DNA from: Dendrobates tinctorius
Lineage: Eukaryota
Length of the DNA stretch: 64,000 nucleotides
Direction: 5' to 3'
NCBI RefSeq assembly: GCF_039654945.1
Contig: NW_027361680.1
Location: forward strand, 558,001 to 622,000
Below, in pieces: positions 39,261 to 51,677 of this stretch. Every line of letters begins with the position of its first letter. Within the stretch, counting starts at the first letter, position 1. The notes under the pieces are model-generated. The model did no database searches, was not told where the DNA came from, and saw only the letters and a list, made by a program, of their open reading frames with translations. The position numbers and the translations under genes are program-made.

Positions 39261-40591
39261 ACATCTGTAGCTATGAAAGTCATAGCTATGAAAGCTATGA
39301 TGACATCACATCTGTAGCTATGAAAGTCTTCGAAAGAATTATGATGTCCCACCTGATAAAATTCACGCAGAAGCTATGGGACCTGCTTCAGTTTGCCTAT
39401 AAGGAGAATCGTTCGGCAAACGACACTGTCAATCTGGCACTGAAGTACATTTTGGATCATACAGATGAACTGCACTCATATGTCCGGATTCTTTTCATGG
39501 ACTTTAGCTCAGCGTTCAATACCATTGATCCGAATTTACTTCATAAGAAAATCGTAGCTCTTGGAGTCCCTCTCAACTTATGCTTGTGGATTTATAACTT
39601 CCTGACAGCCAGGATACAGAGTGTAAAAGTTGGACCATTCACTTCGGACACCTTGGTCACAAACATCGGGGCACCTCAGGGGTGTGTTTTGTCCCCGTTA
39701 CTGTTTTCTCTCTATACGAATGATTGCATCTCTTCAGCAGACTCAGTAAAAATCTTGAAATTTGCCGATGATATGACACTGATTGGTCTCATCAGGGGAA
39801 ATGCTGAAGACTTATATCGGAGTGAGGTGAAAAGAATATGTGACTGGTGTAAAGCCAATAATCTTGTACTCAACACTAAAAAAACTGCTGAGATGGTTGT
39901 GGATTTTAGGAAAGATCAACATGAGATACTTCCAATCTACATCCATGACGAAGTGGTTCTTAGGGTCACAGAGACCAAATTCCTTGGTGTTATCTTCTCT
40001 CATGATCTTACATGGGGGAAAAACGTGGATGCTGTTATAAGAAAAGCACAACAGAGGATGTTCTTCCTGCGTCAGCTGAAAAGATATGGTTTGTCTAAGA
40101 ATCTGCTGATCTTATTCTTTAATGCTGTCATCAGATCTGTGATTTGTTCCTCTCTGATAGTCTGGTATGGGGGAGCCACTGCGCATGACAAACTCCGCTT
40201 ACAAAGGACTTTCAGAACAGCAGAGAGAATTATAGGTTCCCCCCTGCCTAAAATCCAGGATCTTTATGATAAGAGTATTCGATCCCACGCATTGAAAATT
40301 TCATCCGATCCCTCTCACCCGGGACACTCCTCATTCCAACTACTCCCTTCAGGACGTCGCTTCAGAGTCCCCAAATGCAGCACCAACCGCCATATGAACA
40401 GCTTCTATCCACTCTCTGTTCAACAATTAAATCGTCATGTGTAGACTATATACTGTATCTGTCTTGTTAGATGTTACTTGTTGTATCTGTTGTTATATAT
40501 TATGTTGCCTCTTTGCCACAAAGAATTCCTTGTATATATGTAATATGTACTTGGTGATAATAAATTTGATTGATTGATTGATTGATTGATT
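39261..40591 (+). mobile_element. Rex1/Babar LINE, copy B
   Basis: Duplicate of 23244-24570 with a (GATT)6 tail. Confidence 0.88.
39320..40444 (+). CDS. Rex1/Babar reverse transcriptase fragment, copy B
   Basis: Same ORF as 23303-24427 with one P>L change. Confidence 0.85.
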   Translation: MKVFERIMMSHLIKFTQKLWDLLQFAYKENRSANDTVNLALKYILDHTDELHSYVRILFMDFSSAFNTIDPNLLHKKIVALGVPLNLCLWIYNFLTARIQSVKVGPFTSDTLVTNIGAPQGCVLSPLLFSLYTNDCISSADSVKILKFADDMTLIGLIRGNAEDLYRSEVKRICDWCKANNLVLNTKKTAEMVVDFRKDQHEILPIYIHDEVVLRVTETKFLGVIFSHDLTWGKNVDAVIRKAQQRMFFLRQLKRYGLSKNLLILFFNAVIRSVICSSLIVWYGGATAHDKLRLQRTFRTAERIIGSPLPKIQDLYDKSIRSHALKISSDPSHPGHSSFQLLPSGRRFRVPKCSTNRHMNSFYPLSVQQLNRHV

Positions 40592-40982
40592 GACTCTGGT
40601 ATACCCTGATTTGACCTGCTGTGATCCCTGACTTGCCCCGTGTCTGTTTATTCCCTCTGTGCGTCCTGACTTAGTGTTTCCCTGTAAGTTTGTTAATTCC
40701 CTGGTTTTGACTTGGCTTGCATTCAGACCTGCTTATGTCTTTTGTCTTTATCTTATCCGCTTCCGACCGTTGCTAATCCCCTGGCTTTTTTCTGACCACG
40801 TGTACTGCTGTGACTTCTGGAACTTCTGCTCCTGACTGTTTCTGACTCAGCTCATCTGACCACTCTTTCCCCACTTGGTAGTGCTTGTGCTGCTGCTCAG
40901 TGTTGCTATGCTGTGTATGTGCAACCTATCTTCCTTCATCAGCACCCCATGGTGGAGGTTTCACTATACTGCACTAGAGTAG

Positions 40983-41966
40983 TGACGCGCCCGAGGGGCC
41001 GTGGGATACTCGGTACTGGGCCCGTTAACTTCAATGGGAAATGTCACAGTGTCAGTGACCCGGTCCGTGGTCCCAGGCAGTCATGTAAAAGGGGTAGAGT
41101 TGAATGGGGATAAAGTTTATGTAGTGATTCGTGACGCCAGTTGGAGTGTTCGACTGTAGTATAGCTGGCACTGCAGATGATCCCTGGGGGAGTATATGGT
41201 GATGGCAGTGCAGATGTTAAACCCTCTCCAACCAGGGCAGACCCCCAGAGATTGTGAGGAAAGTAGAAGGCACGGAGTAACAAAGCAGGAGACAAGGAAA
41301 GTCACTTTATCATTTACTGTAGTTCAGGTGCAGTTCAAGGGAGATATTAGTACTCTCACCAGGTTACAGTCTGCTCTGCAGAATGGGAGTTATCCTTTTT
41401 CTCTGCTGCTGTGACTCAGTGTATGCTTTCTGCTATTCTAATCCCTTCAGGGACCAAGGCTTCCCAGAGTCTAAAACTTCTGATATAGCCTCTACTCACT
41501 GTGTATTTTTCCTTTGGCAACTTGCAGCATGGATCCTATGTGTGAGAAGCTCTAGTTCCCACTTGCACTATCCTTCACTGATCCTAATTTGGTGCATTCT
41601 TTCCGGGGAGAAAACGCGATGCTGTTGGTTGTATAATCCCACACAGTCTCTCAGCTTATCACCCTGCTCTGGAAGCATGGATGGTCTAGGGGCTGACACC
41701 CTGATGCTTCTTAGCTTTCACTCCTGGATCGAGCACATGTGTCATGGCTCCCAAGAGCGTTCTTCTCCTCCACACTTAAAACAAGTCTGCCCCTCCCAGT
41801 TAGGGTATGTCTGCAAAGCTCTAAGCTTCAGACAAGTGAGGGAGGGAGGTAAATTGTGTGTGTGTTATGGTCTCTAGCAGAGAAAGCATAACTCCCATTG
41901 CTCACAAAACACATACAAAACAGTACATAATTAACCCTTTTGTGGTGACAGATGCAGGGCGCCACA
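40983..41966 (-). mobile_element. Solo LTR related to the outer LTR at 49855-61679
   Basis: Termini tgacgcgccc...gggcgccaca, 4-bp TSD GTAG. Confidence 0.85.
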
Positions 41967-44900
41967 GTAGCATGACATTCTGCTCACAAATCCTTTCCAA
42001 CATGTGAAGTGTTGAGTTCCAATGCTTGGGGACATCACACACCATTCAGTGAGCTGGAATCTGCAAATGCTGCTGAAGTACAGCAAGGGCAGCGGGAGCT
42101 GGAGCTGACTTTCTAAATTGGGCACATAGGCGGCATACTTTCACAAGCAGATCTGGCAGCTCCAAGCAGCTTTTGAGAAACCATTGAACACCAAGGTTAA
42201 GCACATGGGCCAGACATGGTACGTGAGTGAGCTCACCTCAGAGCCCCCACCATGTTCCTGCCATTGTTACACTCTACCATGTCTGGCTGTAGGTTCAGCG
42301 GTGTTATCCACACATCTGCCTGCTCTTTCAGAGCTGTCCACAACTCTTCAGCATTGTGCGGTTTGTCATCTAAGCATATTAGCTTCAGTACAGACTGTTG
42401 ATGCTTGGCTGAGGCAGTGCTTCTAGCTTGTGACTGATGTGGTCATTTTGGAGATGGAGGCTGAAGAGGATGAGTTGCAGGAGCTGTAGACCATGATTGA
42501 CGTAGGGCCCGCAATCCTCAGTGTCAGGAGGACATATTCCATCCCAAGGTCCATCTGGGTCCCGGCTTCCACTTTATTAAACCAGTGTGCCATCAGCAAG
42601 ATGTAGTGTCCCTGCCCACAAGCATTTGTCTACGTGTCTGTGGTTAGGTGGACTTTCCCAGTAACAGCATTGTTTAGGGCATGGGTAATGTTGTGGGACA
42701 CGTGCTTGTTTAATGCCGGAACGGCACATCGGGAAAAATACTGGCGGCTGGGGACCAAGAACCTTGGGACTGCCGCCTCCATCAGGTTGCGGAATGCCTC
42801 TGTATCCACAAGCCTAAAAGGCAACATTTCGAGCGCAAGCAGATAACTGATGTGTGAATTTAGTACTGTGGCCTGTGGGGCGTTGGCTGCGTATTTACGC
42901 TTGCGTTCCAATGACTGGTGTATGGACAACTGCAGGCTGCACTGGGACAAGGACGCGGACGTGCTTGATGATGGTGGTAGCTGAGTGTGGGCAACGACAG
43001 GTGCAGGGCATGAGAGATCTTCGCATGCAACATGGACAGGGGATTGGCTTGCACGCACAACAGTGGAAGAAGCAGTGTTTTCACCCACAGACACTGTTCC
43101 TGGAGCCTGGTGTTCGGCCCACAAATTCAAGTGCTTTGCTGCCATGTGCCTGATCATGCTGGTAATTTTTTCTACCCCTGCTGATGCAGGCATGGCAGGT
43201 GGTGCAAATGGCCTGTTTGGGGTTATCAGCAGAATCTTTAAAAAACAACCAGACTCGAGAAGAACTAACAGTTGTACTGCCATCTTCCGTCGTGTTGGTG
43301 TTATGAGGAATGGTTACCTGCCTTCTGTCTTCAGACACCACACTGCTTCTTCCTGCCTATTGAGGTGTCACACCTCCCTCCCCCTGTGTGATGATGTCCT
43401 CGCTCTGCATGTCCTCCCACCCAATTGGGTCAGTTACTATATCATCCACCACCTCGACTTCCACTTCCACACCCTGGTCCTCCTCCTGACTTTCTGGCAA
43501 TTGTGTCTCATCATCGTGCACCTGTTGTGACACATTCACACTGTCTCCTCCGTGTGAACGTGGCTGCTCAAATATTTGGGCATCACTACATGCGATCTCA
43601 TCTTGCCCCGCTTCAATTGGACTGGGCGAGAGTCTGGAATCTATAAATGGAAAAGTGAACAGCTCTTTGAAGTGTCCAAGTGTGGGATCAGTTGTCTCCG
43701 GTCACTCGGCATGGCGGGAGGAAGGAGAATCAGGGTGAGGAATATGCGGTCCAGGCAGACGGCTACTCAGACTTGACCATGTGGAAGAAATGCGGCTGGT
43801 GGTGGAAAAGTGAGTGGAAGCATTATCCGCTATCCAACCAACAACCATTTAACACTGCTCTGGTTTCAATAGTGCTGTTTTGCGGTCCCTTATGAATTCG
43901 GACAGGAAGGTCATGCGAGATGTCGGTGTTTGTTGTGGCACAATTTCAGCTTGCCCACAGCCTTGGCCTCTGCATGCACCTTCACCATCCCATCTACTTC
44001 CCCGTCCCTTGCCACGCACCTTCCCCATTTTAAATGGACTACAATATTTTCCACGTTCACAGCAAATGGCTGAATTGGGAGCAAACTTGTATGTGATCCG
44101 TGTGCGGGAAAACCACGGTTTAAAATATCTGGACTGTAGGTAAAAATTAAATTTTTATTATCAAACTGGTGTCAATAACTATGGTAAGACACAGTAAATA
44201 CAGTGGAATGGAGGCCTGAAATGCAACAATTTGTAGCCCACAGATAGATCAGGCGTCTGACGAAGAAACCACACTGTTCAATATGTGGCCTGTATTTTTT
44301 TATTTTTTACTATAAAATATTGTATAGAACTAGGGTAACAGACAGCAAATACAGTGAAATGGAGGCCTGAAATGCAACAATTTATAGCCCACAGATAGGT
44401 CAGACGGTGTGATGAAGATACCTCACTGTTCAATACGTGACCTGTATTTTTTATTTTATACCCCAAAATAGTCTATAGAACTAATGTAAGACACAGCAAA
44501 AAAAGGTGAATGTAGGCCTGAAATGCAACAATTTGTAGCCCACAGATAGATCAGGCATCTGACGGAGATACCACACTGTTCAATATGTGGCCTGTATTTT
44601 TTTATTCTTTACTATGAAATAGTCTATAACACTAGTGTAAGACACAGCAAAAAAAGGTTACTGTAGGCCTGAAATTCAACAATTTGTAGCCCACAGATAG
44701 ATGAGGCGTCTGACGGAGATAGCCCATTTTCAAATATCTGTCCTGTGGTTTTTTTTTGGTTTTTTTTGGCCCGTAAAATTGTGTCAATAAGTAGGCTATG
44801 ACATAACAAAAAATTTTTTATGGAGGCCTGAAATGGCAAAATTTTGTGCGCAATGATATGCAATCCATGTGGCGGACAAAGCAGAATGTAAAATATCTGC

Positions 44901-45640
44901 CCTATAGCTAAATATTTTTTTGGCAGCAAAATGGTGTCAAAAAATTGTATTACACACTCCAAAAAAGTTCTACATTACCACAAAAAATTTCAGATTTTTC
45001 TGCGCACTCAGATGTGATGCCTGAGATTGGCTAACCCGTTTAAAATTGATGGATTTTCACACTGTACTATGAAAAGTATATGTCTGTAGTCTGCAGTGTC
45101 AACAAGCAAATGGAGAAAAAAAAGAGGTCCTGGATTGCTTTGGAATAAAATAATAAGGATTAAGATGCAAAAAAAATTATTCCTGGCCACTGATACCTGG
45201 GTCTAGGTATATACTGTCAATATATCTACTAGGCAGCAGCAGACAGTAATGGAATGGACCCTCTTGATGTATGACATGATATCTATATACCCACATACAG
45301 TGCCTGCATGCCTTGCACTGATATGTATATAGCCACATACACTCCCCTGCCTACCTAGCACTGCAATCTATATACCCTGTAATTAGTCCTTAGAAGGACT
45401 GTTGGTTTAAGTGGATTTGTGGATTCTATGATGGTATACCCACACTAACTAATAAAAGCACAAATCTGTCCCTATCTTAGCAGCAGCTCGCCCTACACTG
45501 TCTTATTCTGGATGTAACTGTAACGAGCAGGGCGGTGCCAAGTCTGATATTGACCTAATGACACTGTGTGGCCAGCCAATCACTGTAATACCACAACAAA
45601 GATGCTGCGGCATTACAGTGTGTGGCAGACAATCCCTGCA

Positions 45641-46512
45641 TGTTATGAATGGGTCTCCGAGGAGGATGGCAGGAACAGGCTAAGCCACCAGAAGACCAGA
45701 GAGGTTGGTAACTAAGAGGATTGCAGAACCCTGATCCTATCTGCACAACTAGCAGTAGTCGTGGAGCATGCCTACGATGCCCTAGACACTTCGTCACAGC
45801 CGGAGGACTAACTAAGCCTACAGACAGAAAGATGAAATCTAAACTGCCCCGGAGCAGATCCCCAAAGGAATAGACAGCCCCCAAACATATATTGTCGGTG
45901 AGACAAGATGAGACACAAACACAGGCAGAGAACAGATTGAGCAAACGATGGGGCCCAAGCTGTCTAGACAGGGCAGGACAGAAAAGATACTGTCTGCAAT
46001 CATGCACAACCTTGAAAAAGTCCAACACTTCTGATATACAAAAAACCTGAGATCACACGATCTCACCCCCCCCGCTAGATCAGCACTCTGATATAAACTG
46101 GCAGCAAGCAAAAAGATACTAACATAACAGGGGACTGAACAAGCTGCAACATATGAAGCATGGCCCAGCACTGCCCCCAGCAGGGAGCACGCTGAACCCT
46201 AGCAGCAAAACAGAAAGCAAAAAAAGACACAACTAGATTAGATGCAAAGGATTAGCAAAAGAATCACTTAGCTGAACATGCAGATAAGGCAGGGGACAAA
46301 AGAGCTCCAAATGCACACTGAGGAAAAATCACCAGCAACCTTCAAGAGCAGCCAGCTCCATTATATGCTCCCAGCCAGCAATCCCAGATTCCCAATTATC
46401 ATCATCAGGTGGAGAACCTCCATCCACCTGGCCAGCTCCACTACTCTCAGTAACCACCAGAGGGAGCAGAGGGAGCTTCGGCTCAAAAATCCGAGCAAGG
46501 GAGTTTACAACG
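45641..46512 (-). mobile_element. Solo LTR related to the chromovirus at 54468-60324
   Basis: Starts tgttatgaat and shares blocks (gattgcaga.ccctgatcctatc, aaactgcccc.gagcaga, gatggggcccaagctg). Flanking repeat CCTGCA. Confidence 0.85.
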
Positions 46513-46834
46513 CCTGCATGTTTATTGGCACTCTAAAGAGCGTCAAACTTTTAGGATGGAGACCCGAGCTCCCACCGAATAATCCCAGAAATGCTTGGCG
46601 CTCGCAGAGTAACGCGAGTACAGAGATACTTGGGTGAGTAATGAGCATTACCGAGCCTGCTCGCTCATCACTAATAATTAGCATATCAGATAATATCACT
46701 GGTCATCAAGGATAAGAGCACAATATGTTATATCAAATGTCAACTTACAAGTCAATATTACCGGCTTACACAAGCAAAAGTTTGTTTTCTTGATCAACCA
46801 CAAAGAAACACATACATTCAAAAGTCAACATATA

Positions 46835-47660
46835 CAGGTGCATCTCACAAAATTAGAATGTCATCAAAAAGTTAATTTATTTCAGTTGTTCAATACAAAA
46901 AGTGAAACTCATTATATAGAGTCATTACATATAGAGTGATCTATTTCAAGTGTTTATTTCTGTTTATGTTGATGATTATGGCTTACAGTCAATGAAAACC
47001 CCCAAGTCATTATCCCAGTAACTTAGAATACTTTATAACACCAGCTTGGAAAATGATTTCCATCTCCAAAAGTTTGTCATCAGAGTAAAGCATGAAGTGC
47101 TCTAAAATTTCTGGGTAGACGGCTGAGCTGACTTTGGTCTTGATAAAAAACAGTGTACCTAAACCAACAGATGACATGGCTCCCCAATTCATTACTGATT
47201 GTGGAAAATTCACACTAGACCTCAAGCAGCTTGGATTGTCTGCCTCTTCACCCTTCCTCCAGACTCTGGGACCTTGATTTCCAAGGTCTATTGTGAAATA
47301 TCCACAATCAGTGATGGTTTGTGGAGCTATGTCATCTGCTGGTGTAGGTCCACTGTGTTTTATCAAGACCAAAGTCTGTGCAGCAATCTACAAGGAAATT
47401 TTAGAGAACTTCATGCTTTCCTCTGATGAAAAGCTTTTTGGAGTTGGAAATTTCATTCTCTAGCAGGACTTGGCACCTGTCCACGCTGCCAAAAGTACCA
47501 ATACCTGGTTTACAAACAACAGTATCACTGTGCTTGATTGGCCAACACTCTCCTGACCTTAATCACACAGAGAATCTATGGGGTATTGTCAAGAGGAAAA
47601 TGAGAGACACCAAACCCCATGCCATGCCTCAATGATGCAGTAATTGATGCTAAAGGAGCT
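46835..47660. mobile_element. Tc1-like relic with inverted internal duplication
   Basis: TA|caggtgcatctcacaaaattagaat terminus. PQSVM.WGAMSS-type peptide on both strands; QDLAP.H and SPDLN..ENLW on the plus strand. Confidence 0.8.
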
Positions 47661-47689
47661 GCTTGTGACTTGCAAGATTTGTAAGCTAG

Positions 47690-48400
47690 AGATTTGTGTG
47701 TATCAGCAACACACCTGCCGAAAACTCTCATCTGAATGCCTCACGTAATGCTTTCATTGTTGAAGCATAGGTGTCTCTAGTAATTACTGTTTTATGTGTC
47801 ATGAATTCTAGTACTGAAACTCTTTCCGTATCCCAAAAAGCTGTTACCATGATCTTTCCAGCTGACTGTTGGACTCGAAATTTCTTTGGAATTGGGGACT
47901 CCTTCTTCTTCCATTGCTCAGACTTTTGTTTGGTCCCAGGATAACGGTAGCGGACCAATGTTTAATCATACGTAATAATTCGAGAGTGGAATTCTCCTTC
48001 ATTTCTTCTTGGCATATCTAAATTCTCTTGGCTAAATTTCTGGCATCGATCATTGCACCCACCGTGAACTTACCTTTGACATCAAAATATCATGAATGAT
48101 ATAAGAAACTGTGCCATCTAAAATGCCCTATTCATGAGTTATATCTCTGACCTTGACCCAAATTTATGGCCTCCACTTTACAGCACATTTCCTCTAAAGA
48201 TATTTTGACAAGTTGCCCTGAATGGGGGTCATCTTCAATTGCTTCACTACCCTATTTTAACTGCTTGGCCAAAAACTTTTATTGGTGGTAGGAAAGTGCA
48301 TCATCACCATATACAGCAATTATCCTTTCATGGATTTCTTTAGGCTTCTTTTCTTCCTTTGTAAGGAATTTAATCATGGAATGAAGCTCCAAATCCTTCA
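47690..48400 (-). pseudogene. mariner-type transposase fragment
   Basis: YPGTKQKSEQW...PKKFRVQQSAGKIMVTAFWD...YAST. Boundaries approximate. Confidence 0.75.
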
Positions 48401-48625
48401 TTTTGTAGAGCCGCACTGTACTGCACATGCCGTCCTGTCATTTCAAGAGCTTTCAACAGACTGAACTTCTGTTGTGTCTGTTGCATATTCAGACGTGTCT
48501 CAACATGCACAGTGAACTCATCTCTCTAGCAATGACAGAACATGCTGGGGTAGATAACTCATTAAACATCCCTTGTAATTGCCAGAATACAGATGTTACC
48601 TGATTTACTGTCAGTATTGACATAC

Positions 48626-48814
48626 CTTAAACTGGATGTGACTCAGAAGGTTGAACTTCTTGGCATACATTTGGAAATACTCTATAATTTTAGAGTTGTG
48701 CATGTAATTTGGAAAGTGTTCAGGAATTGGGTAATCACTGTAACACATTATCTCCTTAGATGTGTTAATAATCACAGATTTATAGATGCTGGCTCTGTCA
48801 TCTTCAGCATTAAA
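48626..48814 (-). CDS. fmo5: FMO5-like, second coding exon (189 nt, 63 codons)
   Basis: Translates [63 protein letters not shown]. Acceptor ttttacAG at 48815-48816, donor AAG|GTATG. Length and phase match the conserved vertebrate FMO exon, and it is in frame with the previous exon. Confidence 0.93.
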
Positions 48815-48901
48815 CTGTAAAAACAAATAATAACAAATGCTTTACAATACAGTAGAAAGTGTAATGATTTACTACCTAGTATGATACAGTCTTGTAAAAT
48901 A

Positions 48902-49806
48902 ATTGAAAAAGGAGGAACAGAGGAGTGTTTTTTGTTTTATAACAGTACAAAAAATCTTTAACACAATTGAACAGATAAAAGACAAAACATTTATAAAAAG
49001 TGAAAAATAAGGACACACAGTAGAGCAATATATACATTTCTAGTCCTAATTACAATACATCATTGTTTATACCAGCAAAATGTACCATGTAGATTTTTTG
49101 CCATTTTGTGAAAGAGTGCCTCTAGTAAAATAGTAAACACTGCGTTCTCGGCACCCGACTAGGAGTCATGGCAACTGCCCTGCTCCTGCTCGTGTGCACT
49201 TGGATGCCTTGCTGGGTCAAGTGGTGGTTGCGCGGCTGGCCGCAGGTGCATGCGCCGTTCTGACGCAGCCAGTGAGTAATCCAGTGATACAAACGGTCCT
49301 GCTTGGGAGCATTGTAACACCTCCCCTTGAGAAAGCATGGCATACTAAATTAAGCGAAATGTGCGTTGGGGCTGTTAAAGGTCTGTGTGATTTGCCTTTA
49401 AGCAATTGGTTAGATGACTAATGTTTGTACCATTTTGTATAACAATGATGGCTCTGAATGAAACTCTTATATGTGACTCTTCTAAAGTCTGATTATGTGA
49501 ACTTGCCCCTATAAACTATTGATTCATATACACCAAAGAGTGTTATCCACTGATGGTAGATGGATGATTACTATTTCACTAGATTCACTGTTTCACAAAA
49601 TGGCGAAAAATCTACATGGTACATTTTGCCGGTATAAACAATGATGTATTGTAATTAGGACTAGAAATGTATATATTACTGGGCGTCACTACTGTGGTGT
49701 GTCCTTATTTTTCACTCTGTAAATGTTTTGTCTTTTATCTGTTTAATTGTGTCAGTAAAGACTTTTTGTACTTTTATGAAACAAAGAACACTCCTCCTTT
49801 TTCAAA
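48902..49806 (+). mobile_element. PLE pseudo-LTR remnant with an inverted tail
   Basis: About 215-bp imperfect inverted repeat (48902-49118 / 49586-49806) enclosing a hammerhead motif. Confidence 0.7.
49321..49371 (+). ncRNA. Minimal hammerhead ribozyme motif, decayed
   Basis: CCCC-UUGAGAA-A-GC..(17 nt)..GC-GAAA-UGUGCG-UU-GGGG; same frame as 8151. Confidence 0.6.
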
Positions 49807-51259
49807 TATGCTATTTTGGAGAGGTTTTCTTTCTGTGGCTAAGTGTATTGTGTATGTGGCGCCCCTGCGGGTCCAGTCGCTACAGAGGTACTGCATCTCA
49901 TCCAGAGGTGTGGTATCTCACGACCGGGTAAGATGGGGGTGTGGCGCCCCTGAGGCTCAGTCACCACAGAGGTACTGCACCTTTTCCTAAGGTGTGGTGC
50001 CCCACCATCCAGGTAAGGTGGGAACTCCTGACCACGCTCCAACACTCGCACCCCACACAATAGAGTAGTTCAGCAAAGCCACATTGCGGCTCCTTGCTTA
50101 GAGAGAAGCAGAGCACCTTTGGTGGTTCCCTGATCGGAACACTAAACTTGCTGGGAAGTGGGTGGAGTTGAGAAGACATAAAAGAGTGGGAAGGTTTAGG
50201 ATTAGAGGTCAGTCTGAAGGAGAGTGAGAGGAAGTCACTCGGAGAGGAGTGAGGGAAGGAGATCCCTGGAAGAGGGATGGAGGAAGGAGTGCTGCAGCAG
50301 GCCTGAGTGACCCGGGTCTGCTGGCACGGGAAAGGAAAGAGGAGAAAGACATTGAACTGAACCTGAGCTTCCATAGGAAAGAAAGACAAGTACGGAACGT
50401 AGGAGAAAAGGGAACACAGAGGACGTGGGTTAGGAGAGAACCCTGCCTAGAAGATCTAAGCGCAAGGCCGGGGCCCGGTCCTCGAGGTTGTATGGACACT
50501 AATGGTTCTGCAGCAGACACCGGTGGAGTAGTGGGCTGTAAATGCACTACTCCCATCTAAGACTTGGGGGCACAACAGCAACACGAATAGAGAGCCGGGA
50601 CTCAGGAGTAAGGAGTCCCCGAAGCAGGCTACAGCTGTCTGCCGTACAAGTAGAGTTCTTGGGAACATCTGATAGGAGGAACTCCAGTGTAACTCAGTAC
50701 TAGCAGATCTTCACACTTAAAGGTGCTATAGAGGAGACGTTCAGAAAAGGTACATAAGTTGGCGGAGTGTCGGAAGGGAGCATTCCATCTTGCCAGGAGG
50801 TTGACTGAGTCCCTGACCCGGAGGACACAGCATGGAAGTGGGCAATACAGACTGTGAGTAAAGCTTTGGAACTACATGCCCTGGTGTCCTCCATTCCTTC
50901 CTGCGTCCGCCTGCCTGGCAATGCTGCATCCCCTGCGCCGGACACTACACCATCTAAGTGTCACTTCACCTATTCGGCCCTGGGACGACAGCCCTGCCTG
51001 TAGAGGGCTATAACATCACTGCTGCATCACACCATCTGTCCCAGAGGATCTGTCTGCAGCGTCGGCCTAACATCTCACTTGCTGAACACCACAGGTGGCA
51101 TCACGAACTATTCATCTAACTATATTCCACCATAAGCATTACCCGCCATTACTTGGGCGCCCAGGGCAACGGACCGGGTCACCACTGCTGTGACACACCA
51201 CCCGCTGATACCGGCCCGGTACCGAGTAACCCCGCAGCCCTGGGAGGGTGACCCAAACT

Positions 51260-51277
51260 TGGCGTCACGAACAGGAT
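51260..51277 (+). promoter_or_regulatory. Primer-binding site, probably tRNA-Ser(CGA)
   Basis: TGGCGTCACGAACAGGAT, 4 nt after the LTR. Complementary to ...ATCCTGTTCGTGACGCCA, which I recall as a vertebrate tRNA-Ser(CGA) 3' end. Confidence 0.75.
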
Positions 51278-51677
51278 GATGAGACCCGATGCTATCGAGT
51301 TCTGTGCGCCTTGGACTTAAAACTTTTGAGAATGTGCAGAAGACCCAATTTAATAGACTGTAATATGAACATTAAAAATGGCTGTTGGCGTGGAGAAGAA
51401 GGGTGTGACGAGATGGGAGGTCCTAGGAAAAGACCGCCAAAAGTCTTGGGCCTCCCCTGCCTGAATTACTATGTGACAGCGACATGGCCCACCCCCCCGA
51501 GGGGTTCGTATACTGGCTTGGTATGGAGGCGCTGGAAGAAGATGCCGCCCCAAGAAGGAGGGGCAGAAGCCAGTGGCGGGAAAGGGGCCGAGGCAGGAAG
51601 AAGAATGCCAGAACGCCATTTTGGAGAGAGACGGGAGGAGGCCTGTGGAGCGCGGGGAAGCTAATCTCCTTGGCGCC

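Larger units (their letters stand above)
24940..40962 (+). repeat. Tandem segmental duplication, copy B (about 16.0 kb)
   Basis: Junction gtggaggtt-TC-ttttgctcg at 24940-24941. Unique sequence resumes after 40962. Confidence 0.97.
39094..41977 (+). mobile_element. Solo LTR with nested Rex1 and a second solo LTR
   Basis: Termini tgtcatg...catgaca and 5-bp TSD TTCTG. Splits the hAT transposase. Confidence 0.85.
38477..46673 (-). mobile_element. Decayed autonomous-type hAT element (BED-finger transposase) interrupted by solo LTRs
   Basis: TIR tagtgatgagcg at 46673. About 150-bp subterminal repeats at 44190-44740. BED finger VWLFF..AICTTC..SMIRHMAAKH, then KVHLTTDT, HVPCLAHVLNL, CDVPKHWNSTLHMLERICEQ|KRAVVDY. 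Many stops and frameshifts. Confidence 0.85.
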
